Part shown: positions 48,262 through 57,969 of the stretch, in pieces
How the letters are laid out: every line of letters begins with the position of its first letter
Position numbering within the stretch: the first letter of the stretch is position 1
Assembly (NCBI GenBank): GCA_963789955.1
Contig: CAWBMV010000034.1
Span: forward strand, 1,088,001-1,152,000
Reading direction: 5' to 3'
From: an uncultured Candidatus Rokubacteria bacterium
GTDB lineage: Bacteria; Methylomirabilota; Methylomirabilia; Rokubacteriales; CSP1-6
Length of the DNA: 64,000 nt
The notes under the pieces: generated by a model
Told to the model about the DNA's origin: nothing
The model's input: only the letters and a program-made list of their open reading frames with translations
Database searches by the model: none
Position numbers and translations under genes: made by a program

Positions 48262-49029
48262 CACGGGTCGACTACGATCGGCGCCTCTATCGGACGTATC
48301 GCGCCGGTCGTAGCCTCTCCCCCGACACCGGCCGGCTCTGGATGGACGCGCTGGCCGGCCACGTCGGTCGCGGCCACTCTGATCTGACCATTCTCGACCT
48401 CGGCGCCGGCACCGGGCGCTTCTCGGTGCTGCTGGCCGATGCGTTCGCGTCGCAGGTCGTCGCCGTCGAGCCGTCGGAGAAGATGCGCGCCGAGGCCGAG
48501 CGCGGCAGCCCGCACGCTCGAGTCGTCTATCGGGACGGCACGGCCGGCGCGATCCCGGCCGCAAACGGAGCGTTCGACTTCGCGCTCCTGTCCATGGTGA
48601 TCCATCACGTTCCAGATCTCGATGGCTGCGCGCGCGAGCTCCACCGGGTCATCAAGCCCGCGGGGCTCGTGTTCATCCGAAACACCTTCAGCGGCCGACT
48701 CGCGAGCATTCGCCACTACGAGTTCTTTCCGTCGGCGCGCGCCATCGACGAGGCGCGTCTCCCCACGGTCGAGCAGATCCGCGATGCGTTCGAGGCGAGG
48801 GGATTCGCGACGGCGGCGCTCGACACGCTCGAGCAAGAGATCGACCCGAGCCTCGCCGCCCACTACGACCGCCTGAAACGCCGAGCCCTCTCCTCGTTCG
48901 AGCTGATGACCGACGCCGAATTCGAGCACGGCCTCGCTCGCCTGCGAACTCGCCGCCTCCCTCGAAACCACCCCCATACCAGTCCTAGAAAAAATCGACC
49001 TCCTCGTCCTCCGCCGCCCCAACAACTAA
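48258..49029 (+). CDS. Class I SAM-dependent methyltransferase (probable indel near 48946)
   Basis: ILDLGAGTGRF, VEPSEKM, FDFALLSMVIHH; GTGA overlap with the upstream stop. Confidence 0.85.
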
Positions 49030-49155
49030 CCCCGTTCCCACCACAAGAACCGGAGTCCTTCCCAGCACCGAAGCGCACCGTGCCGATGCCAGGCACACCG
49101 CGAGCCCGGCTGCCGTGACGTGTGCGTCTGACTGCATACGCCTAGCAAAACCGGG

Positions 49156-49312
49156 GGCGCGGGAGGCAGGCGGTGGGTGGGGGGCATTGCGACTCGTTCC
49201 CTCCAAGGGTCAGCGGACGAACAGCGCCGAGATGGAGCCCAGCCGCTACGGGAAATGCGCCCGCGTGCCGCGTGGTCGCAATGCCCCCCACCCACCGCCT
49301 GCCTCCCGCGCC
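49156..49312. repeat. Perfect 38-bp inverted repeat with 81-bp spacer (MITE/REP-like)
   Basis: GGCGCGGGAGGCAGGCGGTGGGTGGGGGGCATTGCGAC at 49156-49193 and its exact reverse complement at 49275-49312. Confidence 0.85.
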
Positions 49313-49322
49313 TCCGCCTCCG

Positions 49323-50282
49323 CTAGTCCTCTTCCACCCAAGCCGCCGTCAACCGACGCGCCAGCCCGCGATGTCCTTGGAAGAAATACGCGAGCATGAC
49401 GACGCTGGCGAGGAGGTTGCCGACGAACACGGTCCAGCCGGCGATCTCGTCGAGCACCCACTTCGCCGCGATCAGGACGCCGCCGATGAAGAACACCTCG
49501 AACGCGGTGAAGAAGATCACCAGCGCGAAGACGAAGAGCGGCTGACGCTCGGCGCCCGCGATCAAGAGGGCGCCGACGATGCCGAAGAGCGCGAAGGCGA
49601 TCCCGTGCACGACGGTGTAGGTGACGAGCGCGGTCACCGGATCGGATTGGCGGAGGAGCCCCATGCCGAGGAGCGTCGGCGTGCGCAGCGGCTCGCCCTG
49701 AATCCAGTCGATCGCCAGAAACCAGAGCGCCACCACCGCCGCGCCGAGCAGGCCCGCCACGATGCCCTCGCGGAGGACGGCGCCCCACGAACCGATCAAC
49801 GTGCGCGGCAGCGCCCGGTGCGCGCGGAAGAAGTACCAGAGCATCGCGATCGACGCGAGCAGGTTGCCGATGAGGATCGCCCACCAGACCAGCGCGCCGA
49901 GCATCGACTTGCCGAGCGCGCCGACCACGCCGAAGACGAAGACTTCGAAGCTGGCGAACAGGATGACGAACGCGAGAAAGAGCGCAGGCTCGCGCTCGCT
50001 GACCGCCATGAGACTCGCCGCGACGACCCCGAACGCGACGAACGCCAGCCCGTGGATGATCGTGTAGCCGAGCACGTTGCCGAACGTCGGCCTGAGGCCG
50101 GCCGGGTCGGTGACCCCGTGGAACACCGCGGCACCCAGGAGGCCCGGCGTGAGGAACGGCTGGCCGCGGGCGATATCGAACACGAGGAACCAGACGGCGA
50201 CGACCGCCGCGCCGATCAAGCCGGCCACGATGCCTTCCCTGAGGATCGACCGCTCGGCGGACGCCATCTGGGTGCGCATCAT
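49323..50282 (-). CDS. Membrane protein made of two tandem homologous halves
   Basis: LREGIVAGL.GAAVVA.WFL and GNLLAS each occur twice. Confidence 0.8.
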   Translation of the reverse strand: MMRTQMASAERSILREGIVAGLIGAAVVAVWFLVFDIARGQPFLTPGLLGAAVFHGVTDPAGLRPTFGNVLGYTIIHGLAFVAFGVVAASLMAVSEREPALFLAFVILFASFEVFVFGVVGALGKSMLGALVWWAILIGNLLASIAMLWYFFRAHRALPRTLIGSWGAVLREGIVAGLLGAAVVALWFLAIDWIQGEPLRTPTLLGMGLLRQSDPVTALVTYTVVHGIAFALFGIVGALLIAGAERQPLFVFALVIFFTAFEVFFIGGVLIAAKWVLDEIAGWTVFVGNLLASVVMLAYFFQGHRGLARRLTAAWVEED

Positions 50283-50292
50283 TGTATGCCTT

Positions 50293-50943
50293 CTACGGTG
50301 ACTCGGCGTCGCGCGCGAATCGCACGCCGTAGTCGGAGTAGCGCAGGTGGGGTGGCAGGGAGGAGCGGTGGCCGACCGGGCTCCACGGATCGGCATGCCG
50401 CCAGGCTCCGCCTCGGCTGACTCGCCGCGTCCCGGTGGCCGCGCCTCGCGGATTCCGGTCCGGCGATTCGACGTAGTAGCTCTCGCCGAACCAGTCGGCG
50501 CACCATTCGTGGCACACGCCGGAGAGGTCGGTGAGCCCGAGCGCGTTGCGCGGCGTTTCGCCGACGCGCGGCGGCCGCTTGAACATCATGGTCGGTCGGT
50601 CGTCGCCCCAGGGGTAGCGCGCCTCGTCGAGGCCGCCGCGGGCCGCTTTCTCCCACTCGGCCTCGGTCGGCAATCGCGCTCCCGACCACTCCGCGAACGC
50701 CACGGCCTCGGCCCACGAGAGGCCGACGACGGGCTGACCTGGATCGGCGAACCCCGGCTCGAGCCAGAATGGCGGCACCGGGGCGCCGGTCGCCTTCGCG
50801 TAGGCGGCGAAGTCCGCGTTGGTCGCGGGCGTGCGCGCGATCATGAACGCGTCGACCCAGACGAGATGCCGCGGGCGCTCGCATGGGTGGCCGGAGGCCC
50901 AGCCCATGGCGAATCGTCCGGCCGGAACGCTCACGAAGTCCAC
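50293..50943 (-). CDS. FGE-sulfatase (SUMF1/EgtB-C-terminal-like) domain protein
   Basis: VPAGRFAMG, RLPTEAEWEKAARGG, YPWG, RGGAW, GVRFA. Confidence 0.88.
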   Translation of the reverse strand: MDFVSVPAGRFAMGWASGHPCERPRHLVWVDAFMIARTPATNADFAAYAKATGAPVPPFWLEPGFADPGQPVVGLSWAEAVAFAEWSGARLPTEAEWEKAARGGLDEARYPWGDDRPTMMFKRPPRVGETPRNALGLTDLSGVCHEWCADWFGESYYVESPDRNPRGAATGTRRVSRGGAWRHADPWSPVGHRSSLPPHLRYSDYGVRFARDAESP

Positions 50944-51022
50944 GCCTTATAATAGGTAGCTTTCAAAACGCCGGCGGGAGAAGTCGGTCGTTGCGGGGCC
51001 GGACCCCGCCAGGAGGATCTTC

Positions 51023-52192
51023 ATGAACTTCGCCCCAAGAATGGCCCGGCTCGGCACCGAGTCGGCGTTCGAGGTATTGGCCCGCGCGCGCCAGCTCGAG
51101 CGCACCGGACGCGAGATCATCCACCTGGAGATCGGCGAGCCCGACTTCGACACGCCGGCGCACATCAAGGAAGCGGCGAAGCAGGCGCTCGACGCGGGCG
51201 CGACCCACTACGGCCCGGCCGCGGGGCTGCCGGAGCTGCGCGAGGCGATCGCCAAGCACGTGGGCGAGACTCGCGGCATCGCCGTGTCGCCCGAGGAAGT
51301 CGTCGTGACGCCGGGCGCCAAGCCGATCATGTTCTTCACGATCATGGCGCTGATCGGCGACGGGGACGAGGTGATCCATCCGAACCCCGGCTTTCCGATC
51401 TACGAGTCGGTCATCAACTTCGTCGGCGGCGTGCCCGTGCCGATCCCCCTGCGCGAAGAGAGCGGCTTCGGGTTCGATCTGGACCTGTTCGAGCGGCGCA
51501 TCTCGCCGAAGACGAAGCTGATCGTGATCAACTCGCCCGAGAATCCCACCGGCGGCGTCCTCGATCGGAGCCAGCTCGAGCGCATCGCCGCGATCGCGGC
51601 CGAGCGGAAGATCCTGGTCCTGACCGACGAGATCTACCGTCAGTTCCTCTACGAGGGCGAGTTCGCCTCGATCACGAATCTGCCGGGCATGCAGGGGCGC
51701 ACGATTCTCCTCGACGGCTTCTCGAAGTCGTACGCGATGACCGGCTGGCGCCTCGGCTACGGGGTGATGCCGGCGCCGCTCGCCGAGCACGTCGCGCGGC
51801 TGATGGTCAACTCCAACTCCTGCACGGCCTCGTTCGTGCAGCTCGCCGGCATCGCCGCGCTGCAGGGTGACCAGACTCCGGTCGCGGCCATGGTGGCCGA
51901 GTTCAAGCGGCGGCGCGATCTGCTCGTCGACGGCCTCAACCGTTTGCCCGGCGTCAAGTGCGCGCGGCCGCGCGGCGCGTTCTACGTGTTCCCGAACATC
52001 ACCGGCACCGGCCGCTCGTCCGCCGAGGTGGCCGAGCGCCTGCTGACCGAGGCCGGCGTGGCGGCGCTGTCCGGCGCGGCGTTCGGCGCCCACGGCGAAG
52101 GCTATCTGCGGTTCTCGTATGCGAACTCGGAGGCCAACCTGAGCAAGGCGCTCGAGCGCATGCGCCCGGTGTTCGAGGGCTTCGCGAAGTGA
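51023..52192 (+). CDS. PLP-dependent aminotransferase class I/II
   Basis: LEIGEPDF, NSPENPTG, DEIY, FSKSYAMTGWRLG. Confidence 0.95.
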   Translation: MNFAPRMARLGTESAFEVLARARQLERTGREIIHLEIGEPDFDTPAHIKEAAKQALDAGATHYGPAAGLPELREAIAKHVGETRGIAVSPEEVVVTPGAKPIMFFTIMALIGDGDEVIHPNPGFPIYESVINFVGGVPVPIPLREESGFGFDLDLFERRISPKTKLIVINSPENPTGGVLDRSQLERIAAIAAERKILVLTDEIYRQFLYEGEFASITNLPGMQGRTILLDGFSKSYAMTGWRLGYGVMPAPLAEHVARLMVNSNSCTASFVQLAGIAALQGDQTPVAAMVAEFKRRRDLLVDGLNRLPGVKCARPRGAFYVFPNITGTGRSSAEVAERLLTEAGVAALSGAAFGAHGEGYLRFSYANSEANLSKALERMRPVFEGFAK

Positions 52193-52207
52193 CCGCGCCG
52201 CGCGGCG

Positions 52208-53020
52208 CTACGCTTCGAGCTCCAGCTGTCGATACGCGGCGCCCGCCGGCGTGATGTTCTTGCTGTAGAGTGGATGCTCGAAATCGTGCAGGACGTAGCT
52301 CTGCTCGTTCCACGCCCGCGCGCGTTCCCGCATCCAGCGAAGGCCGGCGATCTGCGAGATCTTCTTGTGCTTGCTCTGGCTGTTGAAGTCGCGAATGGCC
52401 GCGTATTCCCCCGTGAACTCGCTGTAGCAGGCGCGCTCCGGCCAGAATAGGTCGTCGAAGTAGCAGAACACCCGTGGCAATCGCGATTCGGACCCGCTGT
52501 CGAAGATGTGAAAGGCCTGCATGGTCGAGCTGTAGTAGTCGAGATCGAACGAAAGAAAGCCCACGGGATGGCGTAGGGTGCTCAGGGCCGCCGGAATGGT
52601 CTTCGCCAGGTCTCCGAGCATCAGGTTCGTGTGTTGCAGCCTGCGCTTCAACTTCTCCGGGTCCATACGGTAGAAGCCTTCGGCCCACACGTATGGGAGG
52701 TCGCGAAAGTCGGCGGGGGCTGGATTGCCGGAGCCGGTGTCGAAGCCGAACACGTCGACACTGAGGCCGAAGTGGGTCGCCATGGCTCGTGCGATCGTTT
52801 CGAGCGCCACGAGCCCGGAGCCCCCGGCCACGCCGAATTCGGCGACGGTGATTCCGTTCAAGCTCAACGATTTGGCCAGCTCCGCCGCCCGCCACACGCC
52901 GTAGGCGTACGCCGGGCGCGACCAGATGTCGAAGCGAGTCCTCAGCTCGGGCGAGCCCAAGGGGAAACTGCGCCACAGCCGACCGAATCCGGGAATCCGT
53001 GTGATCTGATTCAGCAGCAT
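52208..53020 (-). CDS. TylF/MycF-like methyltransferase-fold protein
   Basis: EFGVAGGSG, FGFDTG.G, FLSFDLDYYSST, YFDD. Confidence 0.6.
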   Translation of the reverse strand: MLLNQITRIPGFGRLWRSFPLGSPELRTRFDIWSRPAYAYGVWRAAELAKSLSLNGITVAEFGVAGGSGLVALETIARAMATHFGLSVDVFGFDTGSGNPAPADFRDLPYVWAEGFYRMDPEKLKRRLQHTNLMLGDLAKTIPAALSTLRHPVGFLSFDLDYYSSTMQAFHIFDSGSESRLPRVFCYFDDLFWPERACYSEFTGEYAAIRDFNSQSKHKKISQIAGLRWMRERARAWNEQSYVLHDFEHPLYSKNITPAGAAYRQLELEA

Positions 53021-53157
53021 GGTCGCAGTCTACGCAGATCCGGCCACGACCGGCATCGAGTGAAACCCTGAATTTCCGCTCGGGCGTTGGGGGTGAGTTG
53101 GGCCTCTAGGCCAGGTCGAACGAGTACAATGACGCGATACCAGATGCCGGTACACGC

Positions 53158-54614
53158 GTGAGCGGTACGACCGTCGCCGATGTCGTCGTTGACGGCCTCA
53201 GACGCGCCGGAGCGCCGCGTTTGTTTGCCGTCGCACGCGGCGCGTCCCGCTTCGGCACTTCTCGATGCGGCGCGCGCGCGCGGGCTTCCCGTCACGATCG
53301 CGTCACACGAGACCGGTGCGTTCGTCATGGCCGCGGTCACCGGCGACCTCGTCGACGCGCCGGGTGCCGTACTCATCGGCGAGGACGGCTCCGCATCGGC
53401 GCACGCACACAACGTGCCGGACGACGCGCCGCTGATCTTGTTGACCAGCGGCCATCCATCGAACGTACCCCGCTGCAAGGAGACACTTCGGATCGAGGCG
53501 GTGTCCGCCGCGCATCGCATCGCCCACGCGGTCAGGCTCGCCATGACCGAGCCGCGAGGTCCGGTCCATCTCGCCATCTCACGCCGGGGTCGCGAGCGCA
53601 GCGGCGGTGCCGCTGGCCACGTCGTGCCGTCCCGATCCGCTGCCGTATCCCGATGGCGTGGCGCTGGACCGGCGGCTCGCGAGCTCTCCGCGGCCTCGCG
53701 GCCGCTCCTGCTCGCGGGACTTCACTGTCGCTCGGCCGACGCGGTGCAGTGGCTCCGGGCATTCGTCGAGGCGCTGCCCGCTCCACTCCTGACGACGCCA
53801 CGCGCGAAGGGCGCGCTGCCCGATCCGCACCCGCTGACGCTCGGCGTGCTCGGCGTGGGCGGTGTAGCGGAGCGCCTGCTGAGCCGCGCGGATCTCGTCG
53901 TCGCCCTCGGGCTCGACACGCACGAGGCGAACGCCTTGCCGAAGGCCTGCTGGTCGAACGCTCCGATGCTCGTCTTCGGTCCGGCCGCGGTGCCCGATGG
54001 CCGGCTGCCGGCGGTTCACGTGATCGGTGACGTGAGCGCCATCATCGAGGAGCTCGCGATACGCCTGCGCGACAAGCCTCGGGCCGACTGGGACGTTGCC
54101 GAGGTCGACCGTCTACGGCGTGAGGGGGCCGCTCGGGGCGGCGACGGGCTCGTCGCGCGCGTCGTTCGCCTCGCCCGTGAAGCGACGCCGGCGGGAACGA
54201 TCGCGACGGTCGACGCGGGCCACTATCGAGAGTCTGTCGCCACTGCGTGGCACGCGGTCGCCCCGCGCGAATTCCTCGCGTCGAACGATCTCGCGCAAAG
54301 CTTCGCGCTGCCCGCCGCGATCGCCGCGCACCTCGTGCATCCAGATCGCTACGTCGTATGCTTCACCGGCGCCAACGAGGTGGGAACGGCCGCGACCGAG
54401 CTCGAGACCGTGGCGCGGCTCGCGGCGCGCATCGTGATCGTCGTTCACGAGACCGACGGCACGGGCGCCGCCGCGATGCGGCTGGCCGACGAGCGTTGGT
54501 CTTTCTGTATCCGCCGTCGCCAGCGAGGCGGCGTTTTCTCAGGCGTTCGGTCGTGCGCTCAACGGCGCCGGAGGATCGCTGATCGTCGTCACCGCGGACG
54601 CCGTCGAGCGCTAG
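53158..54614 (+). CDS. Thiamine-diphosphate enzyme (acetolactate synthase-like) homolog, degenerate and frameshifted
   Basis: TVADVVVDGL, HETGAFVMA, PRGPVHL, KGALPDPHPL, FALPAAIAA. Confidence 0.7.
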
Positions 54615-54735
54615 ACCGCAACGATCGTGGGATCGATGCGCGCCACGACGTAGCCGGCGACTGCGCCGGCGCCGAAGGACGCGGCGAAGATGGTGTGGCT
54701 CCCTGGCGCGCGATTCCAGCAGGTATAATGACGCC

Positions 54736-55386
54736 ATGCCGATCCTGAACCCGCGCGACCAGGAAGCCGTCCGCAAGGAGTTCGAACGCATTGCCGGACC
54801 CGTGAAGCTCATCGTCTTCTCGCAGGAGCTGGCGGCGGCCGAGCTCTGCCAGCAGAACGAGGCGCTGGTCCGCGAGGTCGCCGAGCTGTCCGACCAGATC
54901 ACGGTCGAGGTGCTCAATCTCGCCATCGATCGCGAGCGGGCGGAGGCCTATGGGGTGGATCAGGTGCCGGCCATCGTCGTCGAGGGCAGCCGCGACTGGG
55001 GCATCCGTTTCTACGGAGTCCCGCTCGGCTACGAGTTCAGCAACTTGATCGACTCGATCATCGTCGCGTCGACCGGCCAGCCGGGACTGTCCGAAGAGAC
55101 GCTCGCCTCGCTGCAGGCGCTCGCGAGCGATGTCGACATCAAGGTCTTCTCGACACCGACCTGACCCCACTGCCCCCGGGCCGTGCGCCTGGCGCAGCAC
55201 ATGTCGGTGGCCTCGGACCGGGTGCGCTCGACCGTGATCGAAGCGACCGAGTTTCCCGAGCTGTCGCGGGCCTACCAGGTGATGGGCGTCCCCAAGGTCG
55301 TGATCAACGATCGCGTCCAGTTCGAAGGCGCCCTGCCGGAGCACGACTTCCTGAGCGCGGTGCTCCAGGCGGTGGAGACCCCCTGA
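54736..55386 (+). CDS. Protein-disulfide oxidoreductase (AhpF-NTD/PDO type, two Trx folds) with in-frame TGA (probable Sec143, UPHC)
   Basis: RFYGVPLGYEFSNLI..IKVFSTPT-TGA(55162)-PHCPRAVRLA..YQVMGVPKVVIN..FEGALPE, all in one frame. Confidence 0.85.
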
Positions 55387-55790
55387 AGGCTTCGGGGCGC
55401 CGCCCGGCGCTCCTCTTTGCCTACGGCACCTTGATGCGCGGCTACTCGCTGCATCGCGTGCTCGCCTCGGCATCGACCTTCCTCGACGAGGGCGCGGTCC
55501 GCGGACGCCTGCTCGACCTCGGCCGCTACCCCGGATTGATCGACGGCGACGGGCGCGTGCGCGGCGAGGTCTACCGGCTGGACGACCCTGAACTTCTCCC
55601 GGTGCTCGACCGGGAGGAGGGGTACAATTTCGAACGTCGCCGCGCGATCGTCACGCTCGCGAACGGCCGGCGCGCGCGAGCCTGGATCTACCGCTACCGC
55701 GGGCCACAGAATCGGGCGGTCCCCATCCCGGACGGGGACTACCGGCGAGTGCACCCGCGATCCGTCACAGGAGAACGTCAATGGCGATGA
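55383..55790 (+). CDS. Gamma-glutamylcyclotransferase (GGCT/AIG2-like)
   Basis: LFAYGTLMRG, YPGLI, VRGEVY, LDREEG, AWIY, GDY. Confidence 0.85.
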   Translation: MKASGRRPALLFAYGTLMRGYSLHRVLASASTFLDEGAVRGRLLDLGRYPGLIDGDGRVRGEVYRLDDPELLPVLDREEGYNFERRRAIVTLANGRRARAWIYRYRGPQNRAVPIPDGDYRRVHPRSVTGERQWR

Positions 55791-57163
55791 CCGCCGCTGA
55801 GCTCGTCAAGGCCGATCAGGATCACCTGATCCATCCGCTTCACCATCCCATCGACAACGCCGAGCCGATGATCTACGTCCGCGGCCGCGGCTCCATGATC
55901 CAGGAGATCGGAGGCCACGAGTACATCGACGGTCTCTCCGGACTCTGGAATGTGAACGTGGGCCATGGCCGCACGGAGCTCGCCGACGCGGCGGCCGCCC
56001 AGATGAAGGACCTCGCGTACTTCTCGGGCTACGTCGGCTCGTCGAACATTCCGGCGATCACCCTGGCGAACAAGCTCATCGAGCTCGCCTACGACAACAT
56101 GCAGGCGGTGTTCTTCACCTGCGGCGGCGCCGAGTCGAACGAGTCGGCGTTCAAGACGGCGCGCTTCTACTGGAAGACGCAGGGCAAGCCCGACAAGATC
56201 AAGATCATCTCGCGCCAGCAGGGCTATCACGGCGTCACCTTGCAGGCGATGAGCGCGACGGGGATGAGCCCCTACTGGAAGATGTTCGAGCCGCGCGTTC
56301 CGGGCTTCGTCCACATCCAGACGTGCTACCCGTATCGGTTCCAGGGCGCCAAGCCCGGCGAGACCGTGGGGCAGGCGGCCGCGCGCGAGCTCGAGGAGGC
56401 GATCCTGCGCGAGGGGCCCGACACCGTCGCGGGATTCATCGGCGAGCCCATTCACGGCGGCGGCGGCGTCATCTATCCGACCGACGATTACTGGCCGCTG
56501 GTGCGTGAGGTCTGCACGCGCCACAAGGTGCTCCTGATCGGCGACGAGGTCATCACGGGCTTCTGCCGGACGGGTCGCTGGTTCGCGCTCTCGCACTGGG
56601 ACGTGAAGCCCGACATCATGTCGTTCGCGAAGGGCGTGACCTCGGGCTATCTGCCGCTCGGCGGCATCATGGTCACCAAGGCGATCAAGGACGCGATGGA
56701 CTCGGTCAACCCGGCCGATCGCTGGATGCACGCCTACACCTATTCGAGCCATCCCACGTGCTGTGCCGTCGGCGTCCGGAACGTCGAGATCATGGAGCGC
56801 GAGCGGCTCTGGGAGAACGCGGCGAAGATGGGCACGCGCCTGCACAAGGGGCTGCAGCAGGCGTTCGGCGATCATCCGCACGCGGGCGACATCCGGGGCG
56901 GCAAGGGGCTGCTCGCCGCGGTCGAGCTCGTGGAGGATCGCGCGACGAAGAAGAACTTCGCCGGCGACAAGCAGGTCGCGCCGCGCATCCAGGCCGAGAT
57001 GATGAAGCGAGGCGTCGTGACGCGGACGCGGCCGTCGCCGGGCCCGCATCCGGCACCGGGCGATTCGGTCTACTTCGCGCCGCCGCTGGTCGTCACCGAG
57101 GCGGAGGTCGACCGGCTCATCGGCGTGACCCGTGACGCCGTGAAGGTCGTTCTCGGCGTCTAG
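55781..57163 (+). CDS. PLP-dependent aminotransferase class III
   Basis: YIDGLSGLWNVNVGHG, YHGVT, DEVITGFCRTG, FAKGVTSGYLPLG. Confidence 0.95.
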   Translation: MAMTAAELVKADQDHLIHPLHHPIDNAEPMIYVRGRGSMIQEIGGHEYIDGLSGLWNVNVGHGRTELADAAAAQMKDLAYFSGYVGSSNIPAITLANKLIELAYDNMQAVFFTCGGAESNESAFKTARFYWKTQGKPDKIKIISRQQGYHGVTLQAMSATGMSPYWKMFEPRVPGFVHIQTCYPYRFQGAKPGETVGQAAARELEEAILREGPDTVAGFIGEPIHGGGGVIYPTDDYWPLVREVCTRHKVLLIGDEVITGFCRTGRWFALSHWDVKPDIMSFAKGVTSGYLPLGGIMVTKAIKDAMDSVNPADRWMHAYTYSSHPTCCAVGVRNVEIMERERLWENAAKMGTRLHKGLQQAFGDHPHAGDIRGGKGLLAAVELVEDRATKKNFAGDKQVAPRIQAEMMKRGVVTRTRPSPGPHPAPGDSVYFAPPLVVTEAEVDRLIGVTRDAVKVVLGV

Positions 57164-57175
57164 GCCGGGCTCGTC

Positions 57176-57358
57176 GTGAAACTGATCACCGCCCACCGCA
57201 TCCTCATCATCGCGGGGATCGCGTTCTTTCTGTTCTACGCGATGGTCGTGCTCTCGCGCGACCACACGGCGTCGGGGCTCGTGCAGGCGGTGATCTCGCT
57301 GGCCGTCGTCGTCGGGCTCGCCCTCTACTACCGCACGCTCAGGCGGTGGGGCTCCTAG
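57176..57358 (+). CDS. Small 2-TM hypothetical protein
   Basis: Two hydrophobic segments; operon position. Confidence 0.6.
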   Translation: MKLITAHRILIIAGIAFFLFYAMVVLSRDHTASGLVQAVISLAVVVGLALYYRTLRRWGS

Positions 57359-57771
57359 TGGGAGCCCCGGGCCATCGCGAGGCTGGGGTCCGGCCGGTCG
57401 AGGCGAGCGATCAGCGAACTCCCGCCGTCCTGATCTACGACGGCGAGTGCGCCATGTGCCGGGCCAGCGCGCTCTGGCTCATGCGCCTGGCGATGGCCGG
57501 CGGCGAGCTCGAGATCCTGCCGTGCCGGTCGGCGCCGCGACGCATCCGGTTTCCGCACCTCACCGACGAAGCCTGCATGACCGCGATGCAGCTCGTGCTG
57601 CCCGATGGCCGCACGCTCGCGGGCGCCGATGCCGTGCCCGAGCTGCTCCGGCGCATTCGCGGACTCGGATGGCTGGCGACGGCCTTCGCGCTTCCTGGCG
57701 CGCGCCCGGTTGCTCGCCGCGTGTACGGTTGGATCGCCAGGAACCGCATGCGTCTCTCCTGCGAGCGTTGA
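57358..57771 (+). CDS. DCC1/DUF393 thiol-disulfide oxidoreductase family
   Basis: LIYDGECAMC and YGWIARNR motifs. Confidence 0.85.
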   Translation: MGAPGHREAGVRPVEASDQRTPAVLIYDGECAMCRASALWLMRLAMAGGELEILPCRSAPRRIRFPHLTDEACMTAMQLVLPDGRTLAGADAVPELLRRIRGLGWLATAFALPGARPVARRVYGWIARNRMRLSCER

Positions 57772-57786
57772 GACGCGCAACGGTGT

Positions 57787-57833
57787 TGCACGTTTCTTCG
57801 GCATCGCGCGCTGAGTCGCACGCGAATTCGGCA
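57787..57833. promoter_or_regulatory. Two NtrC-like 17-bp sites, 30 bp apart
   Basis: TGCACGTTTCTTCGGCA and CGCACGCGAATTCGGCA. Confidence 0.45.
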
Positions 57834-57910
57834 CCATACTTTCAGGAATATGCCTGACCCCGAGGAGATAAGTGCTGATGTAGATTGACTATCGACTCGT
57901 GGCTGACGCC

Positions 57911-57926
57911 TGGCACGCGCGCTGCA
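57911..57926 (+). promoter_or_regulatory. sigma54 promoter of nitrate assimilation operon
   Basis: TGGCACG-CGCG-CTGCA, exact spacing. Confidence 0.75.
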
Positions 57927-57969
57927 CCTACACGGCGGCGGCGCGTCCAGGACGGACACGTCGAAGGGA

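Noticed and set aside
50293..50943. True formylglycine-generating enzyme
   Set aside because: The catalytic Cys pair after RGGS is absent (RGGAWRHADPWS)
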